64,000 nt of DNA, taken from the NCBI GenBank assembly GCA_040954595.2, contig CM082589.2:8254232-8318231 (forward strand), written 5' to 3'. Every line of letters starts with the position of its first letter. Positions within the stretch are counted from its first letter, which is position 1. Positions 1-14,427 of this stretch are shown here, piece by piece. Below the pieces are notes generated by a model. The model made no database searches. It was given only the letters and a program-made list of their open reading frames with translations, and was not told the DNA's origin. The translations under genes and the position numbers were made by a program. The DNA is from Balanoglossus misakiensis. Lineage: Eukaryota > Animalia > Hemichordata.

Positions 1-3000
1 AGTAATTTTGGAATAATGGACGTTTCTTGTGGTATAATTCACTGGTCATATATTTCGCCACTACGTATTCTTTCATACTTAGATCTTCTAGTATGTATTT
101 TCCAAACTGACTGCGTAGTAGTTCCGCGTGTCTCTGCGAATCTGGCAAATATTCAGACAGTGGTTCTTCTGTAAACCAATCTCTGGCGAGGGTTTCTCCA
201 AGACTGTTGAACGATTCTGGGGTGTGTTTCAAATGGCCCCTTTGAAATGCGTCAACAACATTTTCATATAATGATGTAAGTGTGTCAGGGAATTTTCCGG
301 AAATTTTCCAAATTTCATATTGGTAACACACGTTTCTAGGATTTTCTGTTATATCCTGTATATACTCTTTATTACCCCGAATCGCCATTTGTTTGGTAAA
401 ATCATCGACATTTTCTGCAGCATATACGCTTAAGTGTCGACCATATGAATTTAACGGTAATCCTTGCATTTTAAGGTAAACGATGTCATTTTCACCTGTT
501 ATGTCACTATCCAACTTTCTGGATGTCACGATTAGTTTACAACATGGCAATGTAGAACCAGATACGAGATCGAACGCTTCGTTTTCCACATTGCATGTAA
601 CATCATACATACCGTCAAACAAGAAACACACTTCACGTTGGCATTTAACGATCACATTCCACAAAGTTGCTTTATCTATATCTTGCATCGGCAATTGTCG
701 AAATATTGCCTCCCGTAGGTCAGTATCACCTTTGTAAAATTGTAGGACAAATACTAATTTACAATCTTTAATAGGGCTTTCTGCATCATTCACGGACCAG
801 TCATAGGCAAGTTTTTTACACAATGTTGATTTTCCAAAACCCGGTTTACCCTCTATGAATATTCGCCTTGGATATTTACAAGACTGGCTCTTACCAAAAA
901 GCTCACACAAAGGTACGCTTTGGCCGCCAGCGCTATGCGTATTGATGAGGTTCAGATGTGGAGAATCGAGGGTACTGGAAGTTTTCTTCCACGGGAATGG
1001 TTTGGATTCTTTGTAGGCTGAGTAGTACGTTCGGAGGACATCATCGCACCGACGAAATGTGTCAATTTCTTCTGCAAGGCAAGGCAGTTAAAATGAATAT
1101 GTGTGTAGATACAGTATGCGAAGCAAAATTAATAGTTAATGTGTAAAATTGTCATACACGAAACGCCTGTATTACCATTTTTCTTTTGTGTAATGAGAAG
1201 GGTATCTGAACCAGTTCAGTCGCCGCCGTTTAATGGGGACACCATGGGCTAAGCTAGCTAAGGAGATGACATGTCTTAGCCAGACTCCTCAATCCGTGGC
1301 ACATTTCGGCCAACCAATAAACCGATTTGCAACTTCAAAAAAGGAAATTGAAAAAATGATAAATGTCGATTTTCAAATTGTTTCTTCATCTTAATTATTA
1401 AATTTTAGGCCTATTTTCTAATTACAAATTCTTCGTCTGAGATTGACAAATGGGAAATTGGTATATGCTGCTGTGAGGATGGCACTTTGCGGCCATTCAA
1501 ATTTCCCTCCGACGAACGTCATTTCCAACAATGCACTATTTCCGTTTTCTCAATTTTCAATTTACCAAAAATCTCTTTATCCTAATGAAGGGGGGGGGGG
1601 GGAGCTGATAGTATCAATCTTTTGCCAAGGAATGCATGAAATTGTTACACTTTTTTTTCGCGGGAAACTTCTTACCATGCATAATGTAACGATCATACAA
1701 AGAACACAAAAATCCTCTGTGCACGAAACCATTATATTTTAGAGAGGGCCGAGGAGATCGGAGGGTGAACATGTGTATTTGAATAATATAACATGCATAG
1801 CATAGAGACCTTACCCCTACCTTAACCTTACCATAATTCTAACCTAAACCTAACCGTGACCCTACCCCATCTTCCGTATTTTTGTCACTTTTTTATTTTA
1901 CAATATATGTGATCGGTCCCTCTTTGTTCAAGTAAACATGGTTACCCTCCAAATTCCCTTACATTCCCTCCAAAGTAATGGTACCGTCCTCGAAGTAGTA
2001 TTTACCCGCTTAATTTTTTTTTGCGAGCAAACCTTTTTACTTCGGTCGGTATAATACTTTCACTATGAACTTAAGTCGATATGTTCAGCCGCTAGAGATA
2101 CAAGAACTGGTTGAAAGGGGAAGAAGTCATCGCGAAATAAGTGGTCATCTCCAAAAGGTTTTTCCCAGGATGAAAATATCTCTGAACGAAGTGTAAAGAC
2201 GATACTGTCTCCAACATGATATCAAACGCCTTCAAGGTCAAGATTTCGATCGGGTTGTAACGGATGCTGTTCATGATGTAGGGCCGGCATACGGTTTAAA
2301 AACTATGAAGGGATATTTGGCATCGAAGGGTATATATGTAGGACGCCAGAGACTTGGAGAGAGCCTAAAGAGAAGTTTAGCTCTCAATGTTTGTAATCAT
2401 GGTGCGTCTGTACAATTCGAGTTGGGATTCCCACGGGTGAAGCTTTAGTGCTGATGAACACGTACGTACATGTATATTGTAAAATTAAAAAAAAGGACAC
2501 AAAGAAGGACGATGGGGCGGGGTCACGGTTAGGTTTAGGTTAGAATTATGGTGAGGTTAAGGTAGGGGTTCGGTCTCTATGCTATTCATGCTATATTATT
2601 CAAATACACATGTTCACCCTCCGATCTTCTCGGCCCTCTCTAAAAAATAATGGTTTCGTGCATGGTAAGAAGTTTCCCGCGAAAACAAGTGTAACAATTT
2701 CATGCATTCCTAAGCAAAAGATTGATACTATCAGCTCCCCCCCCCCCCTTCATAAGGATAACGAGATTTTTGGTTAATTGAAAATTGGGAAGACGGAAAT
2801 AGTGCATTGTTGGAAATGACGTTCGTCGGAGGGAAATTTGAATGGCCGCAAAGTGCCATCCTCACAGCAGTATATACCAATTTCCCATTTGTCAATCTCA
2901 GACGAAGAATTTGTAATTAGAAAATAGGCCTAAAATTTAATAATCAAGATGAAGAAACAATTTGAAAATTGACATTTAGCATTTTTTCAATTTCCTTTTT

Positions 3001-4411
3001 TGAAGTTGCAAATCGGTTTATTGGTTGGCCGAAATGTGCCACGGATTCTCCTCTAAATGTAGTTTCTAAAGCAATTTGCCGCAGCGCAACGACGTGAAAG
3101 AGGGGTGAATTACAGTTTGCTGCGCGAGCGACGCGTGGGACATAGGACTATAATGGAGAAGGGAGTGGTAATATTGTTTGTAATTACGTCAAAGCATGCG
3201 GTTTTGCCATGTTGAATCTATCATAATATACTCCGATGGAATTTCTCAATGCGAAAAAATTGTAAATAGGATACTTTGAAAGAAAACGTGGACGTTTTTT
3301 ATGTAGAATGTGGATGCGCTCATCAATATGAAAGTTGCCAACCCATCGTCTACGTTGATCACCTGATTGCACTGTACGTCACCAACTTGGCTATGCAGCA
3401 ATTCCGAAGGCGCTAGGTTCAAATTTCTGGTCGTGAAATCGTTTATCTCGGCGCATTTTTGCAAATTGTACTGTTTAATAGGTGTGATAAAGAGTTATCA
3501 CACGAAGTTTGACCGATATCGTATTGCATTGTGAACACATTCTGACGAGTGCGCAGCAACGAGTCAAAATGTGACCATAGTACCTATATGCGCTACATTT
3601 TATTCCGAAATGTTGTTTTCAAACATGTAAATAGCAGGAAAAACTTTACAGTAAGCGAGTGTTTGTACTCCCGATCGCCATTTTGAAATCCCATAGAACT
3701 TCGACAAAATCCCGAAAATAGCAGCTGGACTACCCAAGATTTTGTTGCTTTGCTAACCCGTTGCTCAGCGAAATTATCGAGATTTTGTCATTTGACAGCC
3801 TTTCGTTCCATCCCGATGATATCGATTCTACGCTTGCTAATATTGCTTATAGGCCTGACATTGAAGGCAGCGACAAAAGCGTCGCCAAAACTTAGTTTAA
3901 GATATATTATAAAGAAATGTACGGGTCGAACCACCTGAAAATGTCATAAATTCAAGGTGTGGGTTTTCTTCTACACTGGCAATCAAATCAACGACGGCAC
4001 CAAAATTGAAATTTTGAGAAAATAGTGTTAATTACCTTGATTTAATACTCGCAATGTAGGAGGCGTTTCAAGAAAGGTCTTAACCTCGTCCGCCAGTTTA
4101 GGTTCATCAATTTCTCGTAATACCTCTTCGAGTAGATCCATATTGGTGTCATGTATGAATGTATTATCATACAAGTACAGGAAAATGTCAGGTGCTGTTT
4201 TCAACTTTGAAGTTTCTTTTTTTGGTATCTGTGCACCACTGAGGAGGTTTTTCATTGACCGAACTTTCTCGTCATTTAGTTTCGAACCCAGTGCATGGAA
4301 GAATCTGTTCAGCGGATTTATTTGACGGGAAGCCTCGCGTGACCTGTCCATTGCTTTCCGTACCGCGTTGGTTTGAGCTACTGATGGTTTGATCAGTGTT
4401 CCAGTAAACAT
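1..4411 (-). CDS. DED-NACHT NLR-like protein, 3' end outside window (exons 4411-4036 and 1071-<1)
   Basis: Exon 1 is a death effector domain (LNRFFHALGSKLNDEKVRSMKNLL..IP..APDIFLYL..NMDLLEEVLREIDEPKLADEV) ending CAAG|gtaatt, phase 1. Acceptor ttgcag|AA at 1071 continues in frame with no stop to base 1: RRIFIEGKPGFGKSTLCKKLAYDW (Walker A), VCFLFDGMYD (Walker B), KLIVTSR (sensor 1), ENP..FPDTLTSLY, LSMKEYVVAKYM (winged helix). Confidence 0.9.
1291..3047 (+). mobile_element. Internally deleted IS3EU-like DNA transposon in the NLR intron
   Basis: Long TIRs (1291-1871 / 2511-3047, AATCCGTGGCAC...GTGCCACGGATT) and a 6-bp TSD CTCCTC (1285-1290, 3048-3053). Frameshifted internal remnant at ~2065-2375 (EIQELVERGRSHREIS..ISERSV..VGPAYGLKTMKGYLASKGIYVGRQRLGESLKR) resembles the N-terminal part of IS3EU-type integrases. 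Confidence 0.75.
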
Positions 4412-5192
4412 TTATCATTGGCATAAATTATCCAGGTAGCTCACGGTGATTGGTGGTTACTTTTTAATGTGTTTGCTGCGTGTCTCGTTGATATGATATT
4501 AATAGGCCTAAATGTTAAAAGCAGATCAATCATTAGCGTTGTTGAGAAACAAAAATCAAGTGTGCGTCCCGGAACGCTATTGGACGCGTCCGATGTCTTT
4601 GATGTAAGATTAGTGTGGCATAGAAAGGCTTTGGACGCAGGCTACGAAGGATGTAAGATAAACACTGGGACAGGTTTAGGTAATATTCACAAACAACTGC
4701 AGGGGGAAGACCTGGGCCTGTTGACTTGAAGAATCTGACACTATGTCGGGGGGGGGTGTATTACTTGAAAGAAATATCGACACTATAGAGGGTAGGCTGT
4801 CAAATATGTACTGTGTTTATGGAACTCTACTGAGACAAACAAGAATCATACAATTGCCATGTCATGATAAAATTAACATTTTCATTAAAATGCATATGAA
4901 AAATATCACTATAAATCGTCGAAATTCTCGGTTTATGTGCCATTTAGCCAAACTCCGGGGCTAGTTCTGTGCCAATTTCAACAACCAGTTTAGAACCAGT
5001 GGATGGAAAGCACACATTAAACTAGTACTCGTGGCGTGATTTATTGTGAGAAACGAAAACATTATGTCAAGTGAATATCTTTGGTGCTGTCGTGGTCGTT
5101 TCTGCTGTGTAATACATCCATACATCCACCTCTCTAACTTGCCGTAAGTGATACCATGAAATTATCGCCCGATATCACCTCTTGGTTGCGGT

Positions 5193-8100
5193 TGTGAGCC
5201 GCATCACACGTGTCGAAGGCGATAGTGGTGCAGCTCACAACCACACATGAGCGGCAAATATACGGCCCACCAAGATCTGATATGCGGCAATAACTGATTT
5301 ATCATATGCTCCCACAAGGATTCCACAAGAAAATAAAAAGAAGGCGAGAACATTTTAACTTTAACGAATTATTTTGTTCCACTTAGCGCATTGATGTTTC
5401 ATTCACTTTATATAAACTGGCCTCTTTCACAACTCGCGGTGTTGATCGATGCATACTATAAAAGTTGTTGCCCAAGGGTGCCCGAGTGGCACTAGGCGGA
5501 ATTTCAAATGGGAAGTCATAAATGAACATATTTCAGCAAAAAATGACAGACGGACCATTACACTCGTCTGTCTCGGCAACCTGACTATATTTAGTTTATG
5601 CAAGGTTGAACCAATAAGTTATCACCAAATTCAACTTGAACTAACAAGGGTTATCTGTTTACATTAAGAAACATGTAATTTACACCAGAGCCCTAAATAA
5701 CCATAAAAAGGTACAGTGAAGTGGCAAGGATTGTATATATACAATATAACTCACTGGAGCCAAACAAATGATTTACTAATCAAAATCTTCTTGAAAAGAT
5801 ATTCATGAAAAGGGATTCAAACAACGACAGAGATTCATTGTTTTTTATTGAGGTTGGAATTACATATTTTTGTAGCTCGGTAAGACAACGATCCCTGACT
5901 CACAGTAGCCCTAAACATTGGTGGGTAAAGGTTACCAAAACTGACACCACGAGTATTTCAGCTATTCGCGTCTGAGAGAGGCGGCAGGAGATATCCAATA
6001 CATCCAGTGAAATGTATAATACAAAACTCAATGGGCAACCAGTGCACAATCAGAATAGATCGATAAGGAAAGGTCGTATTGACTCCAAGTATGACCGTAC
6101 CAGCTCTTTTACGAAGTTTATACAATCACATAAGATTACATTTAGATGTATTGACCAATATAATTCAGCAGCAATCGATCAAAGAAAGAAAATGCGTTAA
6201 AGACCAATAAATGCGCTTATTTTGAGAATCGTAGCCATCTTTAAATTCCAATTGTAGATGGCAATGTTTTGACATAAATTATTAATGTGGCCATCCCAAC
6301 TTAAAACGCTGTCAATTGGAACAAGTACTTAATGACCTCAAACATTATTAATAAGGGTGTCATTAAATACAACATTAATGGATCAAGATCCCCATCCATT
6401 CTCCGGTTAACATAATCGACTATTTTTTGCTGTCAAAATTTCTGCTTAATAAAACCAGGGCTTACATCATCACCTTTAGGCCTATAGGTCTTGAAAGCAG
6501 GCTGTTTCACCGAACCAATTGAGCAATTCAATATACGTCAGTGTTTCATTAAATGAGTGTCAGAAATCATTGAATAAAGACTGTTAACATGGATGAGGTG
6601 ACAAGTACGCACTGGTATGGTGTCTGTCTGGGCATGTTTAATTAACCTTGCAATAGTCAGGTTGCTCAGACAGAAGTGGGTAACAGCGTCTGTTATCTGA
6701 AATGTGTTCATGACACTGTGTGAACAATATTAACAAAGAGAGCCAAATTCCTGACCATAATAAGCTGACAGGGGACTACTGATATGGTGTGAGCCGCATC
6801 ACACGTGTCGAAGGCGATAGTGGTGCAGCTCACAACCACACATGAGCGGCAAATATACGGCCCACCAAGATCTGATATGCGGCAATAACTGATTTATCAT
6901 ATGCTCCCACAAGGATTCCACAAGAAAATAAAAAGAAGGCGAGAACATTTTAACTTTAACGAATTATTTTGTTCCACTTAGCGCATTGATGTTTCATTCA
7001 CTTTATATAAACTGGCCTCTTTCACAACTCGCGGTGTTGATCGATGCATACTATAAAAGTTGTTGCCCAAGGGTGCCCGAGTGGCACTAGGCGGAATTTC
7101 AAATGGGAAGTCATAAATGAACATATTTCAGCAAAAAATGACAGACGGACCATTACACTCGTCTGTCTCGGCAACCTGACTATATTTAGTTTATGCAAGG
7201 TTGAACAAGTCCAGACAGACACCATACCAGTGCGTACCGGTCACCTAATCCATAGTCTGGCCCCAGACCAGTGTGTTTAAGATATATAGAAATTACTGTG
7301 TAGAATTTCTATATATCTAAAACACACAGGTATGCAGCCAGGCCACCAAATTCGTAGACCTCCGAGGGTTTATGTTTTATCGTTTTAATGATACTCAAAT
7401 ACTGTAACAATGACATGTATTGAATTTATTAATTGGTTCGGAGAAACAGCCTTTCCGGACCTAAAGGCATAAAGGTGACTATGTACGAAGTGCACTGATG
7501 AGATAACCACGTGTTATGAACTGTATCGTTTGTCATGGTCAGTCTGAGGAATCGGTTTGAAGAAGTACAGAACAATTCAACATAGCACTCACGACGAGTT
7601 GAAGGGGTTGGTGGATGTATTACACAGTAGAATTGATCACGACAGCACCAAATATATTCACTTGACACAAACGATGTTTTCATTTCTCAAAAGAAATCAC
7701 GCCCCTTCGAAACAATTCAGGAGAATTTGTCTCAATTGTTTACTAAAATATGAAACATTACATAAATCGCAAGTTGTTTCAATACAAAATAAATCTGAAA
7801 AAATACCACTGTATGAAAAATGGAGTTTAAGATAGAAGTAAACGTAAATGTTACGTAGCGAATACACATCTATCTCGTCATGTACGTAATCGTCTAGCAA
7901 TGACCTCCAAGGAGACTGCGCTGTGGACGCATGGACACGCCACACAGCCCGACATAACCAGATCAAACAGATCAAAGCGATCTCCATTACTAGACAACAT
8001 CATGTGTCTGTGAATAGGCTGAGCTATTCAAACTATACCTTATGAAATTAGTGACAATCCATTCGAAATGGATACGATTTGCAGTGTGCCAGCAAAGAGG

Positions 8101-11100
8101 GGAATTTTCACGCGATGGACTTGTAGAAATTATGTTTTATCATTCTGTAGAGTCATTTTCATCAGATCTGTGCTCATATTCATAAATTATCATGAAACAG
8201 GCTGGGTTTTTTTCTTTAACCAGATATGAACTGGATGTGCTCACGTGTCCATACATGTTATGTTATTAAAACTGAAAATGTGCAAATCTAACCAATAAGT
8301 TATCACCAAATTCAACTTGAACTAACAAGGGTTATCTGTTTACATTAAGAAACATGTAATTTACACCAGAGCCCTAAATAACCATAAAAAGGTACAGTGA
8401 AGTGGCAAGGATTGTATATATACAATATAACTCACTGGAGCCAAACAAATGATTTACTAATCAAAATCTTCTTGAAAAGATATTCATGAAAAGGGATTCA
8501 AACAACGACAGAGATTCATTGTTTTTGATTGACGTTGGAATTACATATTTTTGTAGCTCGGTAAGACAACGATCCCTGACTCACAGTAGCCCTAAACATT
8601 GGTGGGTAAAGGTTACCAAAACTGACACCACGAGTATTTCAGCTATTCGCGTCTGAGAGAGGCTGCAGGAGATATCCAATACATCCAGTGAAATGTATAA
8701 TACAAAACTCAATGGGCAACCAGTGCACAATCAGAATAGATCGATAAGGAAAGGTCGTATTGACTCCAAGTATGACCGTACCAGCTCTTTTACGAAGTTT
8801 ATACAATCACATAAGATTACATTTAGATGTATTGACCAATATAATTCAGCAGCAATCGATCAAAGAAAGAAAATGCGTTAAAGACCAATAAATGCGCTTA
8901 TTTTGAGAATCGTAGCCATCTTTCAATTCCAATTGTAGATGGCAATGTTTTGACATAAATTATTAATGTGGCCATCCCAACTTAAAACGCTGTCAATTGG
9001 AACAAGTACTTAATGACCTCAAACATTATTAATAAGGGTGTCATTAAATACAACATGAATGGATCAAGATCCCCATCCATTCTCCGGTTAACATAATCGA
9101 CTATTTTTTGCTGTCAAAATTTCTGCTTAATAAAACCAGGGCTTACATCATCACCTTTAGGCCTATAGGTCTTGAAAGCAGGCTGTTTCACCGAACCAAT
9201 TGAGCAATTCAATATACGTCAGTGTTTCATTAATTGAGTGTCATAAATCATTGAATAAAGACTGTTAACATGGATGAGGTGACAAGTACGCACTGGTATG
9301 GTGTCTGTCTGGGCATGTTTAATTAACCTTGCAATAGTCAGGTTGCTCAGACAGAAGTGGGTAACAGCGTCTGTTATCTGAAATGTGTTCATGACACTGT
9401 GTGAACAATATTAACAAAGAGAGCCAAATTCCTGACCATAATAAGCTGACAGGGGACTACTGGTATGGTGTGAGCCGCATCACACGTGTCGAAGGCGATA
9501 GTGGTGCAGCTCACAACCACACATGAGCGGCAAATATACGGCCCACCAAGATCTGATATGCGGCAATAACTGATTTATCATATGCTCCCACAAGGATTCC
9601 ACAAGAAAATAAAAAGAAGGCGAGAACATTTTAACTTTAACGAATTATTTTGTTCCACTTAGCGCATTGATGTTTCATTCACTTTATATAAACTGGCCTC
9701 TTTCACAACTCGCGGTGTTGATCGATGCATACTATAAAAGTTGTTGCCCAAGGGTGCCCGAGTGGCACTAGGCGGAATTTCAAATGGGAAGTCATAAATG
9801 AACATATTTCAGCAAAAATGACAGACGGACCATTACACTCGTCTGTCTCGGCAACCTGACTATATTTAGTTTATGCAAGGTTGAACAAGTTCAGACAGAC
9901 ACCATACCAGTGCGTACCGGTCACCTAATCCATAGTCTGGCCCCAGACCAGTGTCTTTAAGATATATAGAAATTACTGTGTAGAATTTCTATATATCTAA
10001 AACACACAGGTATGCAGCCAGGCCACCAAATTCGTAGACCTCCGAGGGTTTATGTTTTATCGTTTTAATGATACTCAAATACTGTAACAATGACATGTAT
10101 TGAATTTATTAATTGGTTCGGAGAAACAGCCTTTCCGGACCTAAAGGCATAAAGGTGACTATGTACGAAGTGCACTGATGAGATAACCACGTGTTATGAA
10201 CTGTATCGTTTGTCATGGTCAGTCTGAGGAATCGGTTTGAAGAAGTACAGAACAATTCAACATAGCACTCACGACGAGTTGAAGGGGTTGATGGATGTAT
10301 TACACAGTAGAATTGATCACGACAGCACCAAATATATTCACTTGACACAAACGATGTTTTCATTTCTCAAAAGAAATCACGCCCCTTCGAAACAATTTAG
10401 GAGAATTTGTCTCAATTGTTTACTAAAATATGAAACATTACATAAATCGCAAGTTGTTTCAATACAAAATAAATCTGAAAAAATACCACTGTATGAAAAA
10501 TGGAGTTTAAGATAGAAGTAAACGTAAATGTTACGTAGCGAATACACATCTATCTCGTCATGTACGTAATCGTCTAGCAATGACCTCCAAGGAGACTGCG
10601 CTGTGGACGCATGGACATGCCACACAGCCCGACATAACCAGATCAAACAGATCAAAGCGATCTCCATTACTAGACAACATCATGTGTCTGTGAATAGGCT
10701 GAGCTATTCAAACTATACCTTATGAAATTAGTGACAATTCATTCGAAATGGATACGATTTGCAGTGTGCCAGCAAAGAGGGGAATTTTCACGCGATGGAC
10801 TTGTAGAAATTATGTTTTATCATTCTGTAGAGTCATTTTCATCAGATCTGTGCTCATATTCATAAATTATCATGAAACAGGCTGGGTTTTTTTCTTTAAC
10901 CAGATATGAACTGGATGTGCTCACGTGTCCATACATGTTATGTTATTAAAACTGAAAATGTGCAAATCTAACCAATAAGTTATCACCAAATTCAACTTGA
11001 ACTAACAAGGGTTATCTGTTTACATTAAGAAACATGTAATTTACACCAGAGCCCTAAATAACCATAAAAAGGTACAGTGAAGTGGCAAGGATTGTATATA

Positions 11101-14100
11101 TACAATATAACTCACTGGAGCCAAACAAATGATTTACTAATCAAAATCTTCTTGAAAAGATATTCATGAAAAGGGATTCAAACAACGACAGAGATTCATT
11201 GTTTTTGATTGACGTTGGAATTACATATTTTTGTAGCTCGGTAAGACAACGATCCCTGACTCACAGTAGCCCTAAACATTGGTGGGTAAAGGTTACCAAA
11301 ACTGACACCACGAGTATTTCAGCTATTCGCGTCTGAGAGAGGCTGCAGGAGATATCCAATACATCCAGTGAAATGTATAATACAAAACTCAATGGGCAAC
11401 CAGTGCACAATCAGAATAGATCGACAAGGAAAGGTCGTATTGACTCCAAGTATGACCGTACCAGCTCTTTTACGAAGTTTATACAATCACATAAGATTAC
11501 ATTTAGATGTATTGACCAATATAATTCAGCAGCAATCGATCAAAGAAAGAAAATGCGTTAAAGACCAATAAATGCGCTTATTTTGAGAATCGTAGCCATC
11601 TTTCAATTCCAATTGTAGATGGCAATGTTTTGACATAAATTATTAATGTGGCCATCCCAACTTAAAACGCTGTCAATTGGAACAAGTACTTAATGACCTC
11701 AAACATTATTAATAAGGGTGTCATTAAATACAACATGAATGGATCAAGATCCCCATCCATTCTCCGGTTAACATAATCGACTATTTTTTGCTGTCAAAAT
11801 TTCTGCTTAATAAAACCAGGGCTTACATCATCACCTTTAGGCCTATAGGTCTTGAAAGCAGGCTGTTTCACCGAACCAATTGAGCAATTCAATATACGTC
11901 AGTGTTTCATTAATTGAGTGTCATAAATCATTGAATAAAGACTGTTAACATGGATGAGGTGACAAGTACGCACTGGTATGGTGTCTGTCTGGGCATGTTT
12001 AATTAACCTTGCAATAGTCAGGTTGCTCAGACAGAAGTGGGTAACAGCGTCTGTTATCTGAAATGTGTTCATGACACTGTGTGAACAATATTAACAAAGA
12101 GAGCCAAATTCCTGACCATAATAAGCTGACAGGGGACTACTGGTATGGTGTGAGCCGCATCACACGTGTCGAAGGCGATAGTGGTGCAGCTCACAACCAC
12201 ACATGAGCGGCAAATATACGGCCCACCAAGATCTGATATGCGGCAATAACTGATTTATCATATGCTCCCACAAGGATTCCACAAGAAAATAAAAAGAAGG
12301 CGAGAACATTTTAACTTTAACGAATTATTTTGTTCCACTTAGCGCATTGATGTTTCATTCACTTTATATAAACTGGCCTCTTTCACAACTCGCGGTGTTG
12401 ATCGATGCATACTATAAAAGTTGTTGCCCAAGGGTGCCCGAGTGGCACTAGGCGGAATTTCAAATGGGAAGTCATAAATGAACATATTTCAGCAAAAATG
12501 ACAGACGGACCATTACACTCGTCTGTCTCGGCAACCTGACTATATTTAGTTTATGCAAGGTTGAACAAGTTCAGACAGACACCATACCATCGCGTACCGG
12601 TCACCTAATCCATAGTCTGGCCCCATACCAGTGTGTTTAAGATATATAGAAATTACTGTGTAGAATTTCTATATATCTAAAACACACAGGTATGCAGCCA
12701 GGCCACCAAATTCGTAGACCTCCGAGGGTTTATGTTTTATCGTTTTAATGATACTCAAATACTGTAACAATGACATGTATTGAATTTATTAATTGGTTCG
12801 GAGAAACAGCCTTTCCGGACCTAAAGGCATAAAGGTGACTATGTACGAAGTGCACTGATGAGATAACCACGTGTTATGAACTGTATCGTTTGTCATGGTC
12901 AGTCTGAGGAATCGGTTTGAAGAAGTACAGAACAATTCAACATAGCACTCACGACGAGTTGAAGGGGTTGATGGATGTATTACACAGTAGAATTGATCAC
13001 GACAGCACCAAATATATTCACTTGACACAAACGATGTTTTCATTTCTCAAAAGAAATCACGCCCCTTCGAAACAATTCAGGAGAATTTGTCTCAATTGTT
13101 TACTAAAATATGAAACATTACATAAATCGCAAGTTGTTTCAATACAAAATAAATCTGAAAAAATACCACTGTATGAAAAATGGAGTTTAAGATAGAAGTA
13201 AACGTAAATGTTACGTAGCGAATACACATCTATCTCGTCATGTACGTAATCGTCTAGCAATGACCTCCAAGGAGACTGCGCTGTGGACGCATGGACATGC
13301 CACACAGCCCGACATAACCAGATCAAACAGATCAAAGCGATCTCCATTACTAGACAACATCATGTGTCTGTGAATAGGCTGAGCTATTCAAACTATACCT
13401 TATGAAATTAGTGACAATTCATTCGAAATGGATACGATTTGCAGTGTGCCAGCAAAGAGGGGAATTTTCACGCGATGGACTTGTAGAAATTATGTTTTAT
13501 CATTCTGTAGAGTCATTTTCATCAGATCTGTGCTCATATTCATAAATTATCATGAAACAGGCTGGGTTTTTTTCTTTAACCAGATATGAACTGGATGTGC
13601 TCACGTGTCCATACATGTTATGTTATTAAAACTGAAAATGTGCAAATCTAACCAATAAGTTATCACCAAATTCAACTTGAACTAACAAGGGTTATCTGTT
13701 TACATTAAGAAACATGTAATTTACACCAGAGCCCTAAATAACCATAAAAAGGTACAGTGAAGTGGCAAGGATTGTATATACATGTATACAATATAACTCA
13801 CTGGAGCCAAACAAATGATTTACTAATCAAAATCTTCTTGAAAAGATATTCATGAAAAGGGATTCAAACAACGACAGAGATTCATTGTTTTTGATTGACG
13901 TTGGAATTACATATTTTTGTAGCTCGGTAAGACAACGATCCCTGACTCACAGTAGCCCTAAACATTGGTGGGTAAAGGTTACCAAAACTGACACCACGAG
14001 TATTTCAGCTATTCGCGTCTGAGAGAGGCTGCAGGAGATATCCAATACATCCAGTGAAATGTATAATACAAAACTCAATGGGCAACCAGTGCACAATCAG

Positions 14101-14427
14101 AATAGATCGATAAGGAAAGGTCGTATTGACTCCAAGTATGACCGTACCAGCTCTTTTACGAAGTTTATACAATCACATAAGATTACATTTAGATGTATTG
14201 ACCAATATAATTCAGCAGCAATCGATCAAAGAAAGAAAATGCGTTAAAGACCAATAAATGCGCTTATTTTGAGAATCGTAGCCATCTTTCAATTCCAATT
14301 GTAGATGGCAATGTTTTGACATAAATTATTAATGTGGCCATCCCAACTTAAAACGCTGTCAATTGGAACAAGTACTTAATGACCTCAAACATTATTAATA
14401 AGGGTGTCATTAAATACAACATGAATG
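5193..14427. repeat. Tandem array, unit ~2680 bp (~3.3 near-identical copies plus a deleted leading copy)
   Basis: The same spurious ORFs recur at 6012/8693/11373/14059 (offsets 2681, 2680, 2686) and at 7557/10237/12917. The leading segment recurs at offset 1595 (5449 vs 7044). Confidence 0.97.

Noticed and set aside
1810-1860. Telomere-like taaccc/cctaac runs (also ~15750, ~24065)
   Set aside because: Degenerate subterminal motifs of transposons, not TTAGGG arrays.
5449-14247. Recurrent 62-96 aa ORFs in the tandem array
   Set aside because: No recognisable domains, and they overlap on both strands. One is frameshifted between copies. They recur only because the DNA is repeated.
5193-14427. 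CRISPR array or rDNA/histone/snRNA tandem cluster
   Set aside because: There is no short repeat-spacer structure, and I see no rRNA, tRNA, snRNA or histone motifs in the unit.
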